This document shows, in pieces, positions 17,713 through 26,278 of a stretch of DNA of 64,000 nucleotides; the first letter of the stretch is position 1, and every line of letters starts with the position of its first letter. Below the pieces are notes generated by a model. That model was not told the DNA's origin and did no database searches. It was given only the letters and a program-made list of their open reading frames with translations. Origin of the DNA: Candidatus Bathyarchaeota archaeon (GTDB lineage Archaea > Thermoproteota > Bathyarchaeia > 40CM-2-53-6); assembly GCA_963726255.1 (NCBI GenBank), contig CAVSBL010000002.1, positions 1,376,001 through 1,440,000 of the forward strand, written 5' to 3'. Position numbers and translations under genes: made by a program.

Positions 17713-18069
17713 TTGAATACCGAAGAATGGACGTTGTCGCAGGTAAGGGAACGACTCTTCCAAATGCAGGCGGAGGTGTGCAAGATACTCTGTAACCCGC
17801 GGAGGCTGCAGCTTCTGCACGTGCTTCGTGACGGTGAGAAATCTGTCAGCGAATTATCTGCGGTCACGGGGTTGAGGCAAGCGAACGTTTCGCAGCACCT
17901 AGCTTTGATGCGACATCACAAGGTTGTCATCGAGAGGCGCTTGGGGAACTCCGTCTTCTATCACATATCGGACGGACGGATAAACAGCGCCTGCGACCTC
18001 ATCCTAGCAGTATTGTTGGACCAAGCGAGTGAGGATTCGAAACTCATCCGGATCGCACGAAGAGGTTAA
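17713..18069 (+). CDS. ArsR family transcriptional regulator, divergent from the dsrE-tusA-hdr operon
   Basis: CKILCNPRRLQLL...SVSEL...QANVSQHL...GNSVFY...SAC. Confidence 0.9.
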   Translation: MNTEEWTLSQVRERLFQMQAEVCKILCNPRRLQLLHVLRDGEKSVSELSAVTGLRQANVSQHLALMRHHKVVIERRLGNSVFYHISDGRINSACDLILAVLLDQASEDSKLIRIARRG

Positions 18070-18124
18070 ACACTTCTCATAGGCGTTAGATCCTTGTCAT
18101 CATTGTCAATCGGAGAGAGGGTGA

Positions 18125-18592
18125 GTGTCGGAAGTTTCAGCGAAGTTAAGACGAGTTGACGGCCTCAACTTCAACGTGGAAGTAGCAGGGGGCCGGAGAA
18201 TTCAGCTCAACTCTGCCGAAGATATGGGGCACGCGTTTACTCCCATGGAGCTTTTCCTTGTAGCACTCGCGGGTTGCACGGCCATGGACGTACAGTGGAT
18301 ATTGGAAAAGCAGAGACAGAAAGTCGAGGGACTTGAAATATCAGTTCGAGGAGTCCGTCGCGGAGAAGACCCTGCATACTATGAGAGGATTTACCTCGAA
18401 TATTCGGTGCGAGGTGAGGGCATCAGGAAAGATGCAGTTGAACGGGCAATACGCCTCTCGCAGGAAAAGTATTGCTCAGTCACAGCCATGATTAAGGAGA
18501 CCGTAAAGACACACATAACCTACACAATTGCGGATGGGAAAGGGAATGAACAGAAATTCGTCTATCCAGCTCTCTCCCATAATGTCCGGTGA
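18125..18592 (+). CDS. OsmC/YhfA family protein
   Basis: PMELFLVALAGCTAMDV...AIRLSQEKYCSV. Confidence 0.9.
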   Translation: MSEVSAKLRRVDGLNFNVEVAGGRRIQLNSAEDMGHAFTPMELFLVALAGCTAMDVQWILEKQRQKVEGLEISVRGVRRGEDPAYYERIYLEYSVRGEGIRKDAVERAIRLSQEKYCSVTAMIKETVKTHITYTIADGKGNEQKFVYPALSHNVR

Positions 18593-18644
18593 GATTTCTT
18601 GATGACGCTGTTCGGTCTACCAAATTGACAGCTTGATATGGTTG

Positions 18645-19163
18645 CTAGATGTCTGCACCTACTCTTTCAAGTATCCTACGGTACCATTCAGGCAGTTCAT
18701 ATTCTTCTGCCCTGTAGTTGCTGCGATATGGCTTTAGGTCAAGAACAGGCGTTCCATCAAAAAGATCCAAGCCGCGGACAAGAAGCCGTGTCTTTTCTAT
18801 TCGCAGAAGCCTCACGAGGCTTAATCCAATTGGATTTGGCCTGGTAGGAGAGTCAATGGCGAAAACCCCTACCAAAGGCAACTCCTCAGGTTTAAAGCCG
18901 GCCTTCAGTAGTCTTCGCGGTTTAACTTTCAATGGACCAATCTGGTCAGGCCGCAACCTATGCAGGTAACTCAACACGAATATGTGAGAAAATCCCTCAA
19001 GGCCATCCAGCGCATCATTGAATTGTGGGAAGACTTCAACAGTTGCTTCCAATTCGCTATGCATTTCTCTTACTTCGTCGTCAGTCGCATCGGTCCGCAC
19101 AATTCCGACGGGTCGAAGAATAATCCGATTTTCATGTTGCATACCGAACTCTCCTGAAGCCAC
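18645..19163 (-). CDS. tsaA: tRNA m6t6A37 methyltransferase TrmO/TsaA family
   Basis: GLEGFSHI, GVFA..SPTRPNPIGLS, GLDLFDGTPVLDLKPY. Confidence 0.88.
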   Translation of the reverse strand: MASGEFGMQHENRIILRPVGIVRTDATDDEVREMHSELEATVEVFPQFNDALDGLEGFSHIFVLSYLHRLRPDQIGPLKVKPRRLLKAGFKPEELPLVGVFAIDSPTRPNPIGLSLVRLLRIEKTRLLVRGLDLFDGTPVLDLKPYRSNYRAEEYELPEWYRRILERVGADI

Positions 19164-19252
19164 GTCTTATTTGCTACTCACTAGCGATTGGTTAGATAAT
19201 GAGTCTTATTGTGTACACCGATCTTCGAAAGAAGCTACGCCATTAGAACAGA

Positions 19253-19723
19253 TCAGGCGGGCTTGAGGAAGTTTGGGTTGGTGGAGTCGTATTTGTCAGC
19301 GTCTTTCTCGCTTCGTGTGATTTCATGCAACCATCTGGCTGCGCCATCCCTCTTCCAGTCGCCGATCCTCTCATGCAGGTCCAGATAGTTGCGTGGCATC
19401 GGGTGGGTGCCAACTTTGACCGGAAGCCCGACTACTTTCTCTATGTAGTTCTTGTGGTCCTCGATATATGGGCAGATCGGGTAACCCGCTAGATAACAGC
19501 TGGCGAGGTAGATTACCTGGGCGCCAAACTTCTTCATGTCGGCAGGCGCATACTCAAGCCGCTCGCCGGGGCAGCCGCCGCAAGCCATCCACCCTACGAC
19601 CTGTATGGGTTCATCCTCAGCGTATTCTGCGAATGCTCCGTCACGTTCGATGATCGACTTGAAGCACTTGTTCCCCGTGCAGGTCCTGTTCCTATCGCAG
19701 ATCATTATGCCTACTTTGACCAT
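19253..19723 (-). CDS. CGGC domain protein
   Basis: KVGIMIC...C.G.KCF...GAF...CGGCPG...LASC...CP...VGTH. Confidence 0.88.
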   Translation of the reverse strand: MVKVGIMICDRNRTCTGNKCFKSIIERDGAFAEYAEDEPIQVVGWMACGGCPGERLEYAPADMKKFGAQVIYLASCYLAGYPICPYIEDHKNYIEKVVGLPVKVGTHPMPRNYLDLHERIGDWKRDGAARWLHEITRSEKDADKYDSTNPNFLKPA

Positions 19724-19881
19724 GCTAACTCGAAGTGCGAGTTGTGTGCTTTGCTTTAGGGCCTTTCGAATATAGAGTAAAATGAGAACGTGTTTCAAAG
19801 ACGTAAGTATTTGACTGCGGGTGACGCGAAATTCCTGATAATCTAGACTGATTTTCGCACGATGGAGTTAGGCGGAGGGTA

Positions 19882-19899
19882 TATATCGGAACCGATATA
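19882..19899. promoter_or_regulatory. Candidate PadR operator TATATCGG-AA-CCGATATA
   Basis: Perfect 8-bp inverted repeat overlapping a TATA-like sequence upstream of the DUF5320-padR-nifX operon. Confidence 0.65.
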
Positions 19900-19925
19900 G
19901 CTAACGATATGCGATCAGAGGTGAT

Positions 19926-20138
19926 ATGATGGGACGCTTTGGTTACGGCCACGGCGGACATTGTGACTCCGAATGTCATGGCGGTCCGGGTTGGTACGGG
20001 CGAGGGCGAACTTGGGGATGGCAGCCTCCTATGACGAACGATGAAGTCGTGGGAGAGATGGAAGACTACAAGGCTCGACTCGAAGCCGAGATAACCGCAC
20101 TCGAGAAGAGGATCAACAGTCTGAAGGAGAAACAGTAG
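19926..20138 (+). CDS. DUF5320-like Gly-rich/coiled-coil small protein
   Basis: Gly/Arg-rich N-terminus, then E...LEAEITALEKRINSL; SD GAGGTGA. Confidence 0.7.
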   Translation: MMGRFGYGHGGHCDSECHGGPGWYGRGRTWGWQPPMTNDEVVGEMEDYKARLEAEITALEKRINSLKEKQ

Positions 20139-20145
20139 GGTAGGA

Positions 20146-20517
20146 TTGAATATGCCCCGGTGGTGTCGATGCAGTTGTGGTCCGTTCAATATACGTTTCA
20201 TACCACCCGGCATACTGAAACCCTACGTCCTCCGCCTTCTATCCACCAAATCAATGCACGGCTTCGAGATCATGGAAGAAATCTTCGAGAGAACAGGCAG
20301 GGTCTGGCGGCCAGGGCCTGGAACGATTTACCCCACCCTTTCTTGGTTGGAGGAAAACGGCTACATTGAGAGTATAGTCGAAGTCAGAGGAGAGAAAGCT
20401 CGGAAGCCCTACAAGATAACTGCGAAGGGTCTGGGGGCATTGAAGGAGTATCGAACCGTAAGACGAGAGGGACTAGAAAGCCTAGAATGGATGCGAACCG
20501 TCTGGAAGGACATGTGA
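20146..20517 (+). CDS. PadR family transcriptional regulator
   Basis: HGFEIM...WRPGPGTIYPTL..LEE.G...RKPYKITAKG. Confidence 0.92.
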   Translation: MNMPRWCRCSCGPFNIRFIPPGILKPYVLRLLSTKSMHGFEIMEEIFERTGRVWRPGPGTIYPTLSWLEENGYIESIVEVRGEKARKPYKITAKGLGALKEYRTVRREGLESLEWMRTVWKDM

Positions 20518-20548
20518 CATGATTATCCATACGGTTGGAGGTGAATTA

Positions 20549-20944
20549 GTGATAACTAAGATTGCAGTGGCATCTGATGATGGGCAGACGATAACTCAGC
20601 ATTTTGGTCGAGCACGCGGTTATGTTGTCCTGACTATAGAGAACGGGCATGTTGAGAAGCGTGAGTCTCGAGACAAATTAGGTCATGCGGATTTCGGGGA
20701 CCAGCATCACCACGGGCCTCAGCATGGCGTAGGGCTGGAAGAGGAGCAGCGACATGGTATGATGTTTGCACCAATTACAGACTGCGAAGTCTGCGTCGTT
20801 GGAGGAATGGGTATCGGTGCGTATGAGAACTTACGCTCCCTAGGAATTCGACCGATAGTAACCGACGTCAAGTCGATTGATGAAGCGGTGAAAGCTTTCA
20901 TTGAGGGTCGGCTTGAGAACCACGCTGAGCGAATTCATGGGTAG
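20549..20944 (+). CDS. NifB/NifX (FeMo-cofactor-binding / orange-protein-like) domain protein
   Basis: KIAVASDDG..I.QHFGRA, His-rich loop, GGMGIGA. Confidence 0.88.
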   Translation: MITKIAVASDDGQTITQHFGRARGYVVLTIENGHVEKRESRDKLGHADFGDQHHHGPQHGVGLEEEQRHGMMFAPITDCEVCVVGGMGIGAYENLRSLGIRPIVTDVKSIDEAVKAFIEGRLENHAERIHG

Positions 20945-20961
20945 CCAGGAATTTGTGGAGG

Positions 20962-21804
20962 CTACCCGGTCTTCCCTGAATGCAGTCTATGTGTTCTTTC
21001 ATCTTCGACCTGAATCGTGGCATGAGCCATCCCAAAGTTCTCCCTAAGGAGTTTTCTAGCCTGTTCTTGGATCGCTTCCCATTCCTGAGACCTATCTGTG
21101 GTGATGTGTACGCTTGCCGCATGGACGCCAGAAGTTATTGTCCATAAGTGAAGGTGGTGTACTCCTGTAACGCCACGGATGCTCAACAAGGTTTCCTCGA
21201 CTTTTCCAGGAGAGATACCGCTTGGAGCACTTTCCATGAGTATGTTCACGCTCCCCATAATCAGCTTGTATATGCTAGGTATCATAATGAGACCTATCAG
21301 CGCTCCTGCGACGGGATCAGCAACATACCATCCCGTCAGAGAGATTACTGTTCCAGCAACGATTACTCCTGCAGAGCTTAATGCGTGTACCATCACCTCA
21401 AGAAATGCGCCTCGAAAGATCAGGCTCTGTTTGGAAGGACCGCTTAGAAGCTTAATTCCAATCGAGTTCAAAACCAAACCCACTATGGCGACGACCGTCA
21501 TGGGTCCTCCTCGAACGTCCGGTGGGCTAAGCAAACGTAGATAGACTTGAAAGAAGATGTACAGGTCCATCACTACTAAGATTACGCCATTTAACAGGGC
21601 AACCAATACTTCGAGGCGATAATATCCAAAGGACCGCTCGGGGGTTGCCGGTTTGATTGCAAGAGTGATTGCGAGAAAAGTCATCGTTAGAGTTCCAACG
21701 TGAGAAAACATGTGAACGGCATCTGTCAACAAGGCAAGACTGTTGGCCAAGATACTGCCTACAAATGCAACCACCATATACGAGAACGTGAGTGCAATAA
21801 CCAC
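20962..21804 (-). CDS. Cation diffusion facilitator (CzcD-like) transporter, possible 5' frameshift
   Basis: SLALLTDAVH, SFGYYRLEVL.AL.NG, DPV, HHLHLWTITSG, HATIQVE. Confidence 0.88.
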   Translation of the reverse strand: MVIALTFSYMVVAFVGSILANSLALLTDAVHMFSHVGTLTMTFLAITLAIKPATPERSFGYYRLEVLVALLNGVILVVMDLYIFFQVYLRLLSPPDVRGGPMTVVAIVGLVLNSIGIKLLSGPSKQSLIFRGAFLEVMVHALSSAGVIVAGTVISLTGWYVADPVAGALIGLIMIPSIYKLIMGSVNILMESAPSGISPGKVEETLLSIRGVTGVHHLHLWTITSGVHAASVHITTDRSQEWEAIQEQARKLLRENFGMAHATIQVEDERTHRLHSGKTG

Positions 21805-22070
21805 AATCAGCCTGGATTTATTCTGGGACGCAATAGACGTGACTCACACGAACCTCAGGCCCCGGCCTGTGTTATGACGTTCATATGAGTTGCCATATTT
21901 TAGACAGGATGCCATTCTCTTGACGGTCAACTAACTACTACAGGGCAGAAGTCTACGAACTTCCTGATTGGTACTGTGGAATATTAGAAAGAGCAGGCGG
22001 AGACGTCTGGCATGTCCATCACCTAGTTGGTTTATGTAACTTGTGTCACATTGTCGAATGTTAGGGAGGC

Positions 22071-22877
22071 TTGACCTTGCCCGACATTTTCGAAGAAGTC
22101 GCGATGTTAAGACGAGAACATAAAACCGCTGCTCTTGCGACGGTTGTTGGGGGTGAGAAAGGTTCGCCTGGAAAGACAGGGTTCCGCATGCTGGTCTATC
22201 CTGATGGCAAAATCTCGGGAACAGTTGGCGGGGGTCTTCTCGAGGCGAAGATTCGCGAGGAGGGGTTACGCTGCATGTCTGACAAGAAGCCTAGACTACT
22301 TGAGCTGGCGCTTGATGATGAGAGCGCTGACAGCATCGGAGTACTTTGCGGCGGAAAGGTGACGGTCTTCATAGAACCCATTCAGGGCCCTTCTACGATG
22401 TACGTCTTTGGGGGCGGACACATCGCTATTCCTCTCGTCCAGTTCGCCAAGACTCTCGAATTCGCTGTTGTCGTCGTAGACGACCGACAGGATTTTGCCA
22501 ACACGGAACGTTTTCCACAAGCGGATGAAGTGAAGGTAGGCGAGTTTGCTAATGTAACCAAATCCATGGACTTTTCTGAAGGAGACTGCGTTGTCATAAT
22601 CACCCACGGTCATGCGCACGATGAAACAGTTCTGAAAGAATGCCTCTCGAAGGCCTACCTTCCCGGATATATTGGCATGATTGGTAGCAGAGATAAGATT
22701 GCCAGAACATTCGCTAATTTGAGAGAGCAGGGCATCTCACAGGAACTTCTCGCCAAGGTGAAGGCGCCAATAGGGCTCGACATAGGCGCTAGAACTCCCG
22801 CTGAAATAGCGTTGAGCATAATTGCAGAGATCGTTGCGTACAGATACGGAAGGTCGGTTAAGCCAGAGCAGCCTTGA
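22071..22877 (+). CDS. XdhC/CoxI molybdoenzyme maturation factor
   Basis: GSPG, GTVGGG, CGG, FGGGHI, YIGMIGS, APIGLDIGA.TPAEIALSI. Confidence 0.92.
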   Translation: MTLPDIFEEVAMLRREHKTAALATVVGGEKGSPGKTGFRMLVYPDGKISGTVGGGLLEAKIREEGLRCMSDKKPRLLELALDDESADSIGVLCGGKVTVFIEPIQGPSTMYVFGGGHIAIPLVQFAKTLEFAVVVVDDRQDFANTERFPQADEVKVGEFANVTKSMDFSEGDCVVIITHGHAHDETVLKECLSKAYLPGYIGMIGSRDKIARTFANLREQGISQELLAKVKAPIGLDIGARTPAEIALSIIAEIVAYRYGRSVKPEQP

Positions 22878-22987
22878 GGTGCAATTCGTATGAAGAGTCA
22901 TGTAAGATGCTGATCGTCTGCGTAGAGAATTGAGTTCTAAGTTCACGTGGGAATTCCTGTTCGCTTTTTCGGCGAAGTTGAGTGTTT

Positions 22988-24427
22988 TCAGGACGCCGCA
23001 GGGATGCCTGCTAGCCTTCGGGCCATTTCCTTCTTCTTTTCCAGGTCAGCGAGTTGTCTGACCGTCATCTGCGCTGCGGCTGGCGAACCCCCGCCATGCA
23101 TGCATAATGCTCCTAACCGTCCTGGCCCAGCGATCATGCTCTCAACTAACCTGGCCACCCTCAATCTCTTCTCAGCCGTAACCCCTTGAAGCCCGCGGTA
23201 ATACTTCTCGACTAGCGGGCCGACCTTTGGGTTCTTCAGGTCAAGTTCAGAAGGCATGCATGACACCATTCCGCCGCCTATGTCTTCCGCAATCTTCTGA
23301 ATCTCATAGGGAAGCCTAGTTACACTGATCTTTGTAACGTTCGCCAAGAGTGGGTCAGGGAACCAAGCGCCTGATGGCGTTGGTTGGCCTTCGTTGGCGG
23401 CACCTAAGGCTTGGGAGTATAATGATTCGGAGAGATACGTCATCTCCGTCAAACGGTCAGATAGCTGTCTAGAGAGCCCGTTATATTCAGCCAAAAGCGC
23501 GCCTGCACCGGTCAAGACGTCACCACACCCCGCCAGGCAGCCACCCAGCACCATACGGTGAAGCAGAACAAATTTCGCGACGACATCAACGGCGAACTCG
23601 TATTCGCCGTTCATGAACACCCGCTCCTTGGGAACGAAGACGTCGTCGAAGACCACCAGCGATTCCGAGGAGCCAAAGTTGACGTTTCCTTTGTCGAATC
23701 CTTCTTCTAACTTCCTTTCGCCCCCTGACTGTGCGTCCACAACTTGAATCAGGCCTTCAGCGTTCATTGGTACGGCAAAGGCAACGGCATGTTCCTTCTC
23801 TGCTTCGGCGAATCCTGTGCCTGGCTGAACGATGATCTCGTGCGAACCGATTGCGCCACCAATCATGCTCTTGGCGCCCCGCACAACGATGCCTTTTCTG
23901 TTCTCGTCAACTACCCTGAGGTAAACGTCCTTGTCAGGCTGGTGTTTCGGTTTCAAGGATCGATTGCCCTTCGGATCCGTTAGCGCGCCAGCGCAGGTGA
24001 GGTCCTTGCCCTGAACCATCGCCGCGTACCGTTTCAGCCGCTTATGGTATTCCGTCCCAAGCTGAGCATCCATTTCGTGTGTGGAATTCCAGAGCGCGTT
24101 CAAAGCGTCCCAGCCACAGCAACGGCTGGCAGTGCAAACCCCTGTCCATTGGCAGATGAATCGTGCAGCCTTGACGCGGTTTACGAGGTCCTCCTTCGAG
24201 CTGTGTATTGAACAGTAGACGCTGACTTTAGCGCCTTCGACTGTCCTGGTTAGAAGATTGTTGTAGTTTTGTTGCTTAGAAAGCTCGTAGATCGCACCGA
24301 TCCCTTCCAAAGCTAATCGTGTGAACGGGTTCTTTGTTACGTCTTCGATGCGGTCTCCACGCATGTAGGCCTCGGATTTTAGCTGCCGTATACTGTGTAT
24401 GTATTCTTGTTTCGACTTGAGGACCAT
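22988..24427 (-). CDS. 4-hydroxybutyryl-CoA dehydratase (AbfD)/HpaB-family protein, atypical
   Basis: C...RCCGWD, GALTDPKGNRS, GIVVRGAK, VFDDVFVP.ERVFM, HR....GC, MHGGGSP. Confidence 0.82.
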   Translation of the reverse strand: MVLKSKQEYIHSIRQLKSEAYMRGDRIEDVTKNPFTRLALEGIGAIYELSKQQNYNNLLTRTVEGAKVSVYCSIHSSKEDLVNRVKAARFICQWTGVCTASRCCGWDALNALWNSTHEMDAQLGTEYHKRLKRYAAMVQGKDLTCAGALTDPKGNRSLKPKHQPDKDVYLRVVDENRKGIVVRGAKSMIGGAIGSHEIIVQPGTGFAEAEKEHAVAFAVPMNAEGLIQVVDAQSGGERKLEEGFDKGNVNFGSSESLVVFDDVFVPKERVFMNGEYEFAVDVVAKFVLLHRMVLGGCLAGCGDVLTGAGALLAEYNGLSRQLSDRLTEMTYLSESLYSQALGAANEGQPTPSGAWFPDPLLANVTKISVTRLPYEIQKIAEDIGGGMVSCMPSELDLKNPKVGPLVEKYYRGLQGVTAEKRLRVARLVESMIAGPGRLGALCMHGGGSPAAAQMTVRQLADLEKKKEMARRLAGIPAAS

Positions 24428-24436
24428 TGTACTCCC

Positions 24437-25573
24437 TCATAGAAGCTCGTTGGAAATCACGAGTCGCTGAATCTCGGACGTGCCTTCGTAAATCTCCGTA
24501 ATCTTCGCGTCCCGGTAGTATCTTTCCAGCGGTAGGTCCGTCATGTATCCGTATCCGCCGTGGATTTGCAGCGCCTTTCGTGCGGCTTCGACGGCAGTTG
24601 ATGCGGCGAAGAGCTTGGCCATGCTCGCCTCCTTCGTGTGCTTTCTGCCCTGGTCCGTAAGGTTTGCAGCATGGTACGTGAGCAATCTCGCGGCTTCAAT
24701 TTCAGTCGCCATGTCAGCAATCATCCACCGAATTGCTTGTTGGTCGCTGATAGGCTTCCCAAATTGGACCCTCGTCCTTGCATGTTCAATCGCCGCGTCT
24801 AGGGAGGCCTGGGCTATGCCTACGGCTTGTGCGGCAATGCTGATTCGCCCGCAGTCGAGCGTGTCCATTGCAATCTTGAACCCCTCCCCGGGGCGCCCAA
24901 GCATATTCTTCGCTGGGACGCGCACGTCGTCGAAAATTACTTCAGAAACCATTGACGACCGTATTCCCATCTTGTCGAATATTTTTCCAATTTTGACGCC
25001 GGGCATCTTTCGATCCACAATGAAGCATGAGATTCCGCAGTGCGCGAGCGATTTGTCCGTCATCGCGAAGACTAGGTAGGTGCTCGCCATCGGTGCGTTC
25101 ACGATGAAGTATTTGCGGCCATGAATAACATAATCATCGCCGTTACGCGTGGCCTTTGATTCCATTGCGGCGACGTCGCTACCCGCTCCGAGTTCGGTCA
25201 AGCAGAATGATCCGAACTTTGCACCCTGAGCCAGAGGCTTCAAGTAACGCATCTTTTGCTGCTCGGTCCCGTACGATAGCAACGGTTGGCTCACGAGCGA
25301 TACATGCACGGCCAGCGTAACTCCAAGCGCCGCGGAGCCACGTGAGATTTCTTCGACCGCAAGAACATAGCTTAGTATGTCTTGGCCTCCACCACCATAC
25401 TTTCGCGGGATCGGCAGGCCAGTCAACCCGGCTCTGGCCATCGCACGCCATGTATCCGTTGGGAATTTCTTACTCTTGTCCCAACCATCCGCCTTGGGCA
25501 GGACAAGTTGCTCAGCAAACTTGCGCGCCGCTCGCAGAACGTCTCCTTGGCCCTTGTTTAACGCGAACTCCAT
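24437..25573 (-). CDS. Acyl-CoA dehydrogenase (short/branched-chain type)
   Basis: FCLTELGAGSD, KMGIR, GRISIAAQAVG, R.QFG, QIHGGYGY, IYEGTSEIQ. Confidence 0.93.
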   Translation of the reverse strand: MEFALNKGQGDVLRAARKFAEQLVLPKADGWDKSKKFPTDTWRAMARAGLTGLPIPRKYGGGGQDILSYVLAVEEISRGSAALGVTLAVHVSLVSQPLLSYGTEQQKMRYLKPLAQGAKFGSFCLTELGAGSDVAAMESKATRNGDDYVIHGRKYFIVNAPMASTYLVFAMTDKSLAHCGISCFIVDRKMPGVKIGKIFDKMGIRSSMVSEVIFDDVRVPAKNMLGRPGEGFKIAMDTLDCGRISIAAQAVGIAQASLDAAIEHARTRVQFGKPISDQQAIRWMIADMATEIEAARLLTYHAANLTDQGRKHTKEASMAKLFAASTAVEAARKALQIHGGYGYMTDLPLERYYRDAKITEIYEGTSEIQRLVISNELL

Positions 25574-25590
25574 AGCAAGCCCTACTGAAT

Positions 25591-25653
25591 GGTACCGTAA
25601 GTACCGGGAAATAGCTGTTCAATACGAACAATACGAACAGTACTTACGGTTCC
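25591..25653. repeat. Inverted repeat enclosing a short tandem repeat upstream of the acyl-CoA dehydrogenase
   Basis: ACCGTAAGTAC (25594-25604) / GTACTTACGGT (25640-25650), with CAATACGAA x2 inside. Confidence 0.7.
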
Positions 25654-25836
25654 GCTAACTTGTCTTCGGACAAGTCAGCTTGCCTCCATCGACTTGCAGG
25701 ATTACCTTCGGCGCTTCTGAGTCTGCATTGGGTTCCTGTACCATTGCTTCACTTAGCCCTACGGCCCCGAACCTCAGGGCTCATGCGAGAATAGTGATGA
25801 GTATGTCTGCAGAATAGTGCGTTGTTTCGTTCTTGC

Positions 25837-26184
25837 CTACATGTGCACAATTTCTTCTGGCGGTGGCGGTGCTTCTTCACTGGGGGGCTGTTCCATGTCG
25901 ACTCCGGTAACTGATTTCACTTGTTGTTTGAACCACACGTCGAAGGGAGCTTTTGACTTGGCTAGAACTTCGAAAGTCTTCTCCACGTCGTGGGCTTCAA
26001 AGTATACGATTACCATGTCGCCCTGGGGAGTTTTCTGCAGGAACCATGACTCTTTCGTTATTTCTTGTCTTTTCAGTGTTTCGGCAAATTCGGTGCGTTT
26101 CGGGCCCATACATGTCTTCGCAAACTCTCGTCCAGCTTCAGTCTTACCTGGAAGAATTGGGAATGCTCCGCAAAATGTTCTCAT
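25837..26184 (-). CDS. Conserved hypothetical protein (dimeric alpha/beta barrel-like)
   Basis: FPILPGK...ESWFLQ.TPQGD....YFEA...FD.WF pattern; clean ORF. Confidence 0.65.
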   Translation of the reverse strand: MRTFCGAFPILPGKTEAGREFAKTCMGPKRTEFAETLKRQEITKESWFLQKTPQGDMVIVYFEAHDVEKTFEVLAKSKAPFDVWFKQQVKSVTGVDMEQPPSEEAPPPPEEIVHM

Positions 26185-26278
26185 GACGCAACGTCTCCAT
26201 GTAATTCCTAATATTCCTTACGGTATAATTTTTCACAGAGGAATCCGTCAACCAACAACTTCACGTTACCCTGAGAAC

